Shown here: piece after piece, positions 28,670 through 36,949 of the stretch | How the letters are laid out: every line of letters starts with the position of its first letter | Position numbering within the stretch: the stretch's first letter is position 1 | IMG/VR virus record: IMGVR_UViG_3300018005_000013 | Origin: an uncultured virus (IMG/VR IMGVR_UViG_3300018005_000013) | Taxonomy: Duplodnaviria > Heunggongvirae > Uroviricota > Caudoviricetes | DNA: 64,000 nucleotides | Reading direction: 5' to 3' (one strand) | The notes under the pieces: generated by a model | Seen by the model: the letters and a program-made list of their open reading frames with translations, nothing else | Database searches by the model: none | Told to the model about the DNA's origin: nothing | Program-made: the position numbers and the translations under genes

Positions 28670-29850
28670 TTTCCGCCTCCCCCGGTCGCCTTGACAATCG
28701 CCTTGACGTGGAGGGACTTGCTCGCCTTAGCCAGGTTCTCCTCTTCCTGAGGACGGCCCCAGTGGGTCAGAGCCGCCGCCTCAGGGTGGGTCGCCTCGTC
28801 CGCCTTGACCTCGTCAAGGGTGGCGTACTTGCCAGCGTAGCCCTTGGGCAGCCATAGATCGTTGATCTCGGCGGTCCGGTCGTGCCAGTTGGAATCCTCG
28901 AGGCCAAGCATAAAGGCCTGGTCAACTCGGTTTACGTCGTGGCCCAGGCTGCCCGCAATCAGATGGCCTGCGCTCGTCCACACGGCGCTGGCCTTCTCGC
29001 CCTTCACGGCCCCGAGGGCATCCCCAAATGGGTCGGCACTCCTGGGTTCATTCCCAAGACCCAACTTGCCCGCGTTGGCGCTGGCTTCTTCCGCTGTCGT
29101 GGGTAGCGGGACCTTACCGGGTGCCGTACCCTCTTCCTTGAGCCACTCACCGATGCGGCTTGCCCTTTCCATCGCATCGGGCGTCCCGATTTCTTGGTAG
29201 GCCTTCTGGTAGGCCATCATCTGTTCCTGGCCGCCCCAGCCTGACCATCGGGATGTCGCCATGCCCACGTTGGCGTTCTCGAGGTACTGCTTGCCCTCGG
29301 GGGTGCTCGTCTGCTCTTTGACGTAGTCGGGAACGAAATGGCTACTGTCCGCCTTGATCGCGTCCATAGCCTTGGCCTGGTCGGGGGCCAGTTCCGACGC
29401 GAATCCCTTCGGAGCCGTGGCGGCCTTCCCGCCCTCGCCCTCGCCCTCCGCGGGCAGGCCGGGCTTCTCCGGCGACAACCCCTTCACCTCGACGGGCTCC
29501 TGGTCCGGCGGAAGGACCTTGTTGAAGGCCTTGATGCCCTCGGCGTAATCCTCTTTGCTCCAGGAGGTGCGTCCGCCCGCCTTCATGCTCGCGTTGGCCG
29601 CGTCTCCCATAGCCGCGTGGGCTGTCTCGTAGGTCCGGGGCATGCCGCCCTTGGGAGCCGTCCCGCCCTTGCCGCCCGATCCTCCGCCGCCCCCGCCAGG
29701 CGCGCTTCCGCCGCGCTGGCCGGGCCGCCCGGCATGGCCGGTATTGCCCGATCCGGCACCGCCGCGCAGAATGAAAAAAGACCGTTCCAGAATCTCGCGC
29801 GCCCCTTGCACGACCTTTGGGTCGTTGGAAGCGATCAGGTCCTTCGGCAT
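28666..29850 (-). CDS. Putative capsid-internal protein with 1 tag
   Basis: 394 aa; ILRGGAGSGNTGHAGRPGQRGGSAPG near the N-terminus. Confidence 0.8.
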   Translation of the reverse strand: MPKDLIASNDPKVVQGAREILERSFFILRGGAGSGNTGHAGRPGQRGGSAPGGGGGGSGGKGGTAPKGGMPRTYETAHAAMGDAANASMKAGGRTSWSKEDYAEGIKAFNKVLPPDQEPVEVKGLSPEKPGLPAEGEGEGGKAATAPKGFASELAPDQAKAMDAIKADSSHFVPDYVKEQTSTPEGKQYLENANVGMATSRWSGWGGQEQMMAYQKAYQEIGTPDAMERASRIGEWLKEEGTAPGKVPLPTTAEEASANAGKLGLGNEPRSADPFGDALGAVKGEKASAVWTSAGHLIAGSLGHDVNRVDQAFMLGLEDSNWHDRTAEINDLWLPKGYAGKYATLDEVKADEATHPEAAALTHWGRPQEEENLAKASKSLHVKAIVKATGGGGK

Positions 29851-29857
29851 GCTGGCC

Positions 29858-31378
29858 TCACGGAACTGGCAGTGTGGTGAACTCGATCCCGCGGTAGCGG
29901 ACCTCGTCCGGCGCGAGGCGAATAGAGGTCGAGGCGAATACGCCCCGGCTGACCTCGCGGGGGTACCATTTCATGCTCCCGCGCCTGCGCACGAGGATCG
30001 ACCGGACGAAGGTCGGACCGTCCGGGGTCTGCACGTAGCCGCGGAAGATCATTTCCTCGGAGCGGTTCGGATTCCGCCGAGCCTCCCAGCCCTTCTCCAA
30101 CATCTGGTCAACGGCCTCGTGGTATTCTCGGGAGACCGCCCGACGCCGGAGGATGGACCCGTAGGTCCGCTCCTGCGGGGGCATGGCCCGCCAAACATCG
30201 CTGCCGATGTACGCAGGCCGGATGGCCTCGGCGGTCGCCAGGCCGCGCTTGGTAATCTGCACGTCGTTGAGCCCCTCTTGCTCACGGGCAATCCGGCGGA
30301 TGAGGATTTCGCCCGGGTCGGCCCGGACAACCTCGGCCAGCGACTTGACTTCGGCGACCCAGTCCTCGGGGATCGCCTTCATCAAGCCGAGCGCCTTGGC
30401 TCGCTTGATAATGTGACGGATCGTCGCGGCGCGGTTCTTGGCGCGGCCAATGGCCTTGATCGCGTCGTGGAGGTCCTTCTCGCTCTCAATCGGGTACCCG
30501 CCGCCGGGCATCGCCTTGCCTTCCTTGGCGAGTTTCTCGCGCAGCGGGTCGGAGAACTCCTTGCGCTCCACCATGGATCGGGCTTCCTCCGGCCCCCACG
30601 GTCGGGGCAGAAGATTCTCGAGGTTCAGCCGCTTGGCCGCCTCGGTGATGTTGGCAATGTGAGCCTTGCGGTCCTTGACGCGGCCCAGCGCGGCGAGGGC
30701 GTTCTTGAGACCCTGCTCGTCCAGGATCGGCTTGCCTTCCTCATACTGGACCGCCTGCGTGTTGCCCTGGGTGGCCAGCTTCTCGCGGTCGCCCGCGGCC
30801 ACGCCCCCGCCCTTCACCTTGTCCTCCATGGTTCCCGTAATCGAGGGCGAGCCCTGCACCGGCGCAGCCGCAACCACGGACTTGGTCTCGAACTCGCCTT
30901 CCTTGGACCCCTCGGGCGCTCCGCCCCAATCCTCGGGTAGGAGCTTCTCGAGGCCGAGAGCCTTGGCCCTCGACTTGATGTGGGTTTTGACGGCGTCCGG
31001 GTTCTTGGCGCGCCCGAACGCGCTGACCGCGTTCTCGAGGTCGTGCTGGTTCTCGATGGGGTACTCGCCGCCGGGCATAGCCTTGCCCGACTTAGCGAGT
31101 TCGGCCCGACGCTTGTCGGAGAACTCCTTGCGTTCCACCAGGTCAACGGTGATCGCGGGTTCGTCCACGGGCTTTTCCCTCCTGACCCACGCGCCGCCCT
31201 TGGCCTTGCGGTACTTGCCCTTCACCGCGGCCCATGCTACCTTGGCGGCGCAGGCGTCCTTTGCATCGTTGTCGCCCTCGCCCTTACAGGTGTCGCCGTA
31301 GGCCGCCAGAAAAGCGGCCTTCCAGATGGCGGCAGCGTGCCCCTTCAATACAGCAGGCGCGGTCACACTTCCGGGCAT
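29858..31378 (-). CDS. ChaB-like domain plus three ~70-aa repeats (DUF6582-like); head-associated protein
   Basis: HAAAIWKAAF..AAKVAWAAVKGKYRK..W (ChaB); repeats GKAMPGG.YPIE...DL..A..A.GRAKN...HI..RAKALGL...PEDW. Confidence 0.78.
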   Translation of the reverse strand: MPGSVTAPAVLKGHAAAIWKAAFLAAYGDTCKGEGDNDAKDACAAKVAWAAVKGKYRKAKGGAWVRREKPVDEPAITVDLVERKEFSDKRRAELAKSGKAMPGGEYPIENQHDLENAVSAFGRAKNPDAVKTHIKSRAKALGLEKLLPEDWGGAPEGSKEGEFETKSVVAAAPVQGSPSITGTMEDKVKGGGVAAGDREKLATQGNTQAVQYEEGKPILDEQGLKNALAALGRVKDRKAHIANITEAAKRLNLENLLPRPWGPEEARSMVERKEFSDPLREKLAKEGKAMPGGGYPIESEKDLHDAIKAIGRAKNRAATIRHIIKRAKALGLMKAIPEDWVAEVKSLAEVVRADPGEILIRRIAREQEGLNDVQITKRGLATAEAIRPAYIGSDVWRAMPPQERTYGSILRRRAVSREYHEAVDQMLEKGWEARRNPNRSEEMIFRGYVQTPDGPTFVRSILVRRRGSMKWYPREVSRGVFASTSIRLAPDEVRYRGIEFTTLPVP

Positions 31379-31456
31379 AGCGACCTCCGGTCAGCCTGAA
31401 TCATAGGCTCCCCGCGATTGAAAATATAGCGCAAACGCACCTAGCCCGAATCCGCC

Positions 31457-31732
31457 CTAGAAAACGACAGATGGGTCCTCCACCGCCAGGGCCGGGGCGG
31501 GTTGAGCCACGAGAATCAGGCCCAAATCGGCCATGGCGGCCTGGGCCGCGTCCCAGTCGGGATCGGCCTGGTACCGGGACGGGTCCGCCCGCAGGGCCCT
31601 GCCAGCCATGTACAAGCCGTTCAGGAGCTTGACAGCCTCCGGGTTTTCGCCTGCCCAGACGCCGCCCGATAGAGTGAAAATCTCGCCGCTCTGGGGGTCC
31701 CTCAGCTTATAGGCATGTTCTGGCGTAGCCAT
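31457..31732 (-). CDS. Hypothetical protein following the metallopeptidase gene
   Basis: Start MATPEH with GGAAAGGA RBS; 91 aa. Confidence 0.6.
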   Translation of the reverse strand: MATPEHAYKLRDPQSGEIFTLSGGVWAGENPEAVKLLNGLYMAGRALRADPSRYQADPDWDAAQAAMADLGLILVAQPAPALAVEDPSVVF

Positions 31733-34035
31733 TCCGTGTCCTTTCCGATGTAACCCGTGGCGTTCAGGACGGTGAAGTCGAACCACTTGCGGTCGTCCCT
31801 GGCGAAAGAGGCCGGGTCCCGATAGAGGCGCTGCAATCCCATGGAGTAGACCTCGCTCTGGTAGGCCCTGGGGATCGAGTTGCCATAGAGCTTGCCAGCG
31901 TACTCGTCGATCTTGAAGGCGTCGCGGTACCCCTCCTCGTAGGGCTTATACGGCGGGCAGGGGTACTTGGAGAGGGCGGTCCCTTGCGCCCGCTCGAGCA
32001 GGAGCGCCCGAGTGGCGTCATGGATTCCGGCGTTTTCCTCCTCCAAACTGTGGCCCATCTCGTGCACAAAGGTCTGCGTGTCGGTCTGCTCGGGCAGGTA
32101 GATTCCGGGTTGCCGGTCCGAGCCGGGGTTTAGCTGGTTGAAGCCGCGGAAGCTCTCCTCGTCGCCCGCCAATTCCCTGTAGCACGGGACGGGGTCCGCC
32201 AGAGTAACATCCGGCGACGTGATCTTGCGCAGGTATGCCTCGGCCCCCTGCATGCTCTCCCGGCTCATGGGATCGAGGGCGCGAGGCCCGCCGGGGTCGC
32301 CCTCTTTCATGGAAATGTCGTCGTTCCCGCCACCCAGGCCCGCCATGTGCTCCTCGAGGACCTGGGACTGGATCGTAGCGCAGGCGCGCCCCGCGTCCTT
32401 GCAAGCGATAAGGTCGGTGGTGTACTGGTCGATCACCGGAGACCACTTCTCCATGTAGGCGACCTCTTCGGGCGTTCGCTCGCGGCCATTGGAGGCAATG
32501 ATAATGTCCTGCATCTTCTGCCGCGCCCCCTCGTCGCTGAGGGCGAAGGCCGTAGCGTTGGCCCTGCCGTAGGCCTCGCTGAGAGCCTGCTGAGAACCCT
32601 TGACCCGCGGGTCGTCCTGCATCGCCTGGACCATGGCGTCGGTCTCGGGCTTCATGGCCTCAATCCGGGCGTCCACGACCTGGCCAATGGCGTGCATCTG
32701 CGCCCTATCCACGCTGTCGCGGAAAGGCTGGGTGTCCGTCGGGTCGGTCCCCAGAGTGTTGTCCACCACGCGGGCGTATGCCATTGGCATGACTGTGACC
32801 ATGTGGTCGGACTTGGGCATCTCCTCTTCGACAATGGTCGGCTCGCGGTCGTAGTAGGAAACGAGGTCGCCGTTCGGTAGCGGCGCGCTCTTGGGCAGGC
32901 CAATGTCCGTCGCCTCCTGGCGCATGAGGCCCACGGCCTCCTGGATGCCCCTGGCCGAGTTCGTCATGTCCTGGGGCGTCCGGTCTACATAGCCGAGGTT
33001 GTCTTGTAGGACGGCCAGGCGGCTCATGGTGCCTCGGAAAGCGGCCTGCCTCTGGGGATTATCGACGAGGCCCTGGCCCCTCATGGAGGCGAACTGATCC
33101 TCGGCCATATCGCGGTAGCCGCCGATCAACTGGACCATCCGCTGCTTGCCGAGTTCCCAGTGGTCCGCAACGTGCGTCTGGTCGTCCTTGTTATAGATTC
33201 CGTCCAGGTACCGCTTGCACGACGCCACCTCTTTGTCGTTCGCGGCCTTGGCCAGGTGCACCTCGCGGGCCTGCTCCTGTTTGAGAATCTTGACCCGCTT
33301 GTCCCCCATGGCCTGCTCGCGGTCCGATGCGCCGCCCCCGCCGGGCATGGAGCCGCCGCGCAGGCCGGGCCGCCCGGCGTGGCCAATGTTGCCGCTGCCC
33401 TGGCCCCCACGCTCCTCGAGGTAAGCCTTCTCGACGAGCGGCGTTTGGAAATAGACCCGCGGGCCCTTCTCGAGGAAGGCCGCATAGTCGTTGAAATGCC
33501 GCATGTTGCGGTCGTCGCCCGCGACGATGTAGCCCTCTTTCGCGTTCACATAGTAGCTCCCCCAGCGCGTCATCGTGGCGGACTCTGTGTAGCTTCCGGC
33601 GGAAAAGACCTCCTCGTCGCGTCGCACGCTGTACTGTGGCTTGCCCTCCCACGGGTCCGCCGGGCGCGTCACCTCGCCGGGCTTGGCCTGGGAGGCATCG
33701 CCGAGGCGCGTGTCCCAACGCTCGCCTCGGAGCATCTGGTAGGTCAACTCCACGGCATCCTTTTTGGAAATCTCGTTGTACCGGGAGGGCGACCAGACCA
33801 TGATGTCGCTGATGGCCCTCTTGGTCAGCCGGACCCGCTTGGCCTCGCCGCCCCCGGGCTCGCTGCCTCCGACCTCGCCCGGTCGGCCCGCGTGGCCAAT
33901 GTCCCCAGACCCCTCGCCTCCCCGTTTGATAATCCGGGGATCGAGGCGCGTCCGGTCGTCGGTCAGCGTCTTGATCCAGTCGGCATTGTCGAGGTCGGGG
34001 CGATCCGGGTCGTTCAACTTCATCCGGTAGGTCAT
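31702..34035 (-). CDS. Tagged (2x) head protein with C-terminal HExxH zincin metallopeptidase
   Basis: FVHEMGHSLE ... YAGKLY ... SEVYSMG; two tags. Confidence 0.8.
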   Translation of the reverse strand: MTYRMKLNDPDRPDLDNADWIKTLTDDRTRLDPRIIKRGGEGSGDIGHAGRPGEVGGSEPGGGEAKRVRLTKRAISDIMVWSPSRYNEISKKDAVELTYQMLRGERWDTRLGDASQAKPGEVTRPADPWEGKPQYSVRRDEEVFSAGSYTESATMTRWGSYYVNAKEGYIVAGDDRNMRHFNDYAAFLEKGPRVYFQTPLVEKAYLEERGGQGSGNIGHAGRPGLRGGSMPGGGGASDREQAMGDKRVKILKQEQAREVHLAKAANDKEVASCKRYLDGIYNKDDQTHVADHWELGKQRMVQLIGGYRDMAEDQFASMRGQGLVDNPQRQAAFRGTMSRLAVLQDNLGYVDRTPQDMTNSARGIQEAVGLMRQEATDIGLPKSAPLPNGDLVSYYDREPTIVEEEMPKSDHMVTVMPMAYARVVDNTLGTDPTDTQPFRDSVDRAQMHAIGQVVDARIEAMKPETDAMVQAMQDDPRVKGSQQALSEAYGRANATAFALSDEGARQKMQDIIIASNGRERTPEEVAYMEKWSPVIDQYTTDLIACKDAGRACATIQSQVLEEHMAGLGGGNDDISMKEGDPGGPRALDPMSRESMQGAEAYLRKITSPDVTLADPVPCYRELAGDEESFRGFNQLNPGSDRQPGIYLPEQTDTQTFVHEMGHSLEEENAGIHDATRALLLERAQGTALSKYPCPPYKPYEEGYRDAFKIDEYAGKLYGNSIPRAYQSEVYSMGLQRLYRDPASFARDDRKWFDFTVLNATGYIGKDTEWLRQNMPIS

Positions 34036-35585
34036 GTCGCCGCCTCGCGCCCGCCGGGGGTATAGCCCGGGGCGAAGAAGTCACCAAGATTCGACATGGC
34101 CCGGGCGGGCAGATCGCCCTTGTTGAGCACAATGACCTCGCCCTCGGGCAGGCACCCGAAGCCGGTCGCACAGGTCGAGAGCAGGTGGGTGACGGGTACC
34201 TTGGCTTCCAGCACGACTCCCTTGCCCTCGTCAGCGAACTCCCAGGCGGTCTGTGGATTCAGCGACCAACTCTCTGCGGCGTTCTGGTCCGTCAGCCTCA
34301 CATCGACCCTTTCCCCCCTTTGCACGGCGGCGTACAAATCCTTGGGGACAGAGTCGGACAGGACCCCGCGGTAGACCGTGACATCTTGCACGCCCGCGAG
34401 CGCGTATAGGTTCTGGGTGTCGGAGTACATCTTCCCGAGCATGTCGTGCACGGCACCCTCAACGTCCGGCACAGTGAGCCGGGCCACGTCTGGGCCGAGG
34501 GCCGGGGCGAGGTCCATCTTTTGGTTGACCTGGCCCGTCATCCACTGCGAGAACGTGCTACCCGCCTCGTCGGGCCTACTCGGAGCCCCCGGTGCCGTCA
34601 CCCGGCTGGCCGCCTCATCCAGCTTCGCCGACTGCCAGGGCGACATGGGCGCATCGAACTCGCGGGAGATTTGCTCCTGAATACTGAGGGCCCGCATGTC
34701 TGTGTCATTCGATGTCTGGGCCCAGTTCTCGACCAGGTGATCGGCCACAATCTCCGAGGCCGTGTCGCCGCGCGCAAACTCCTCTCGATAGTCGGGGTAC
34801 TCGGAGAGCTTCGGATTGGTGACGGCCCAGGCTAGGTTGCGCACGATCTGGGCCTTTAGTGCGCCGCGCACGTCCGAGTGGCCCAAATAAGGTGTGATTG
34901 GGTTCTCGCCGACTTTCCAGGTCAGCCCGGCAACCGCGTCCGTCCGCTGGGCCCCGAGGTCATCCGGCAGACTCAAGAGGACAGACCGAATCGGCCTCAT
35001 GCCCTTGCTAAACTCGGCGACGGCACCTTCGTGGGTGGTCGGCATCCCGGTCCCCGGCGCACTGCCCCCAACCTCGCCGGGTCTGCCTGCGTGCTCGAAG
35101 TTCCCCGAGCCCTCGCCGCCCCGCTCGACCAGCTTCTTGAGTTCGCCCAGCGGCGGCAACTGGTCATCTCCGCCATCGCTGGCCGCATAGGCGTAGGCGC
35201 GGAAGTCCGCTTCCTTCATCCGCCCAATGGAAATCACCCAGTCGTGCGCCTTCTGGACAAGCTCCAACTGCTGTTCCCAGACCTGCGGATCGACGAAGGC
35301 GCGGTGGTTCAGGAGGTAGACATAGGCGTTCGTGAGGTGTTTGGGAATGTCGAGCAGGCTGGCGTTGGCCACGTCATCATGGATCACGCGGAGCCGCTGC
35401 TCGATCTCGCGCTGGAATCCCCGCGTCATATCCAGACTGACCTGCTTGGTCGGGTCGCCACGCCCCCCCTCTGGGTCGCCAGTCACGCTGCGGCGCATGA
35501 TCCGACCCGCATGCCGGAGGGCAACGGGCTCGGGGCCGAGGCCAGCGACGATGCGCCGTAGGATTGGGGTGACGCGCCGGTTCAT
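34032..35585 (-). CDS. Tagged (1x) head protein with C-terminal ADP-ribosyltransferase domain
   Basis: VYRGV / ESWSLNP / EGEVIV form the R-S-ExE triad. Confidence 0.8.
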   Translation of the reverse strand: MNRRVTPILRRIVAGLGPEPVALRHAGRIMRRSVTGDPEGGRGDPTKQVSLDMTRGFQREIEQRLRVIHDDVANASLLDIPKHLTNAYVYLLNHRAFVDPQVWEQQLELVQKAHDWVISIGRMKEADFRAYAYAASDGGDDQLPPLGELKKLVERGGEGSGNFEHAGRPGEVGGSAPGTGMPTTHEGAVAEFSKGMRPIRSVLLSLPDDLGAQRTDAVAGLTWKVGENPITPYLGHSDVRGALKAQIVRNLAWAVTNPKLSEYPDYREEFARGDTASEIVADHLVENWAQTSNDTDMRALSIQEQISREFDAPMSPWQSAKLDEAASRVTAPGAPSRPDEAGSTFSQWMTGQVNQKMDLAPALGPDVARLTVPDVEGAVHDMLGKMYSDTQNLYALAGVQDVTVYRGVLSDSVPKDLYAAVQRGERVDVRLTDQNAAESWSLNPQTAWEFADEGKGVVLEAKVPVTHLLSTCATGFGCLPEGEVIVLNKGDLPARAMSNLGDFFAPGYTPGGREAAT

Positions 35586-36457
35586 GTCATTGCCGCCGCC
35601 GGGGGCAGTCCCGGTCGGCCCCCCCATACGTTCCGCAAAGCCACCAACTGAGATTCTGTCATCGGCAGGTCCGATGTCATCCAGTTCAGGGCGCTCTTGG
35701 CCGTGTTCACGTCTCCGCCCGCATAGGTCTGCCCGGGCGGCGGAATGGTAATCCGCGCCACCGCGTCCATCGTGCTTTGCCAGGCAACCAGGAGATCAAT
35801 CGCTCCCTCCTTGCCCGGAACGATCACCTCGTCCCCGGTGAATTGCCAGACCGCCGGGTCGTTGCCGGAGGGCGGGAGGTAGTAGGCTGGGTAGGTGGAG
35901 GGGTCTGGGCAGGCCGCCACGACCTGGGCCCAGGTCAGTTGTCCGCCGATTGCTGTGTACACCGCGAGGCAAAGCGGGAACTGTTCCATCCAGAGCAGCA
36001 TCGCGGGCGCGTACTCGCGCACGAATGACAATCGCGTGTACGGCATGACCGGCAGCAGCTTGGCCAGGAGTTCCGTGGTCTCTTGGTAGTGGTCGGCGAG
36101 CATGGTCTTGTCGAAAAAGTGGGTGATCTTGTGCTGCGCCCACTCGGTCCACGACTTCCAGAATTGCTCGATGTCGTTTACGGCGAACTGGACGGCGGGC
36201 GTGAGGAAGCTCTCGAACTTGTCCACTTGCGCCTTGGGGGCGACGTTCGGATCGTCCCACAGGTACCCGGCGCGGTAGCTCGTCCCCGCTGCAACCATTC
36301 CCGCCAGGTGCACGGGAAACTTTGCGTTGGGAAGGTAGTCTCCCTGGCAGACCTTGACCATGCCGAAGTCGCAGCCGTTCTGCTTGAGCGTCTGCCAGTT
36401 GCAGGCCTCGTCGTTTACGTCCGTCCCAAGGACCTTGATTGCGCTGCCCGTCTCCAT
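35582..36457 (-). CDS. GH25-family muramidase (lysozyme)
   Basis: GTDV..FGMVKVCQG..GYLW..NDIE..WQFT..IDL; catalytic D, DxE, D retained. Confidence 0.85.
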   Translation of the reverse strand: METGSAIKVLGTDVNDEACNWQTLKQNGCDFGMVKVCQGDYLPNAKFPVHLAGMVAAGTSYRAGYLWDDPNVAPKAQVDKFESFLTPAVQFAVNDIEQFWKSWTEWAQHKITHFFDKTMLADHYQETTELLAKLLPVMPYTRLSFVREYAPAMLLWMEQFPLCLAVYTAIGGQLTWAQVVAACPDPSTYPAYYLPPSGNDPAVWQFTGDEVIVPGKEGAIDLLVAWQSTMDAVARITIPPPGQTYAGGDVNTAKSALNWMTSDLPMTESQLVALRNVWGGRPGLPPAAAMT

Positions 36458-36460
36458 GGC

Positions 36461-36949
36461 TCAGACCTTGCGTGCCTTATGCGTCCGCAGGCTGCCGGGC
36501 GGTGGGGGCGTCGGCTTGGCGGGCCGCTTCTCCTCCTGAACCTTGTGGGTTTCCAGGCTGTCTGGCAGGGGCGGTTTGCCCGCCTCCGGCGGCGCTGGCG
36601 GCTGGGCCGCGGGCGCAACCTCCGGCGCTGGCTCTTTCGGCTTTGCCTCCGGCGCGGGCTCCGGCCCGGGCTCCGGCCCGGGCTCCTGCTGCGCCCCAGG
36701 CTGCTTCTCTGGCTTTTCCGGCGCGGACAACGGAGGCGGCGGGGTACCGGGTGCGGTCGGGCCTCCCCCCGGTCCCGATCCGCCTGCATTGCCGCGGTAG
36801 AAGACGACGACCATGCTGTCGGCGTCCGTGGGGATGTCGGGCAGGTCCGGGAACCCGGCCAGGCTTACGTCGCTTTCCTTGGCCTTGGCCTCGGCATGTG
36901 CCTTGCCGAGCTTGGCCAGGTCATCCGTTGAGAACGGTGTCGTAGGCAT
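36461..36949 (-). CDS. Pro/Glu-rich low-complexity protein
   Basis: PGPEPGPEP repeats; RGNAGGSGPGG may be a degenerate tag. Confidence 0.6.
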   Translation of the reverse strand: MPTTPFSTDDLAKLGKAHAEAKAKESDVSLAGFPDLPDIPTDADSMVVVFYRGNAGGSGPGGGPTAPGTPPPPLSAPEKPEKQPGAQQEPGPEPGPEPAPEAKPKEPAPEVAPAAQPPAPPEAGKPPLPDSLETHKVQEEKRPAKPTPPPPGSLRTHKARKV

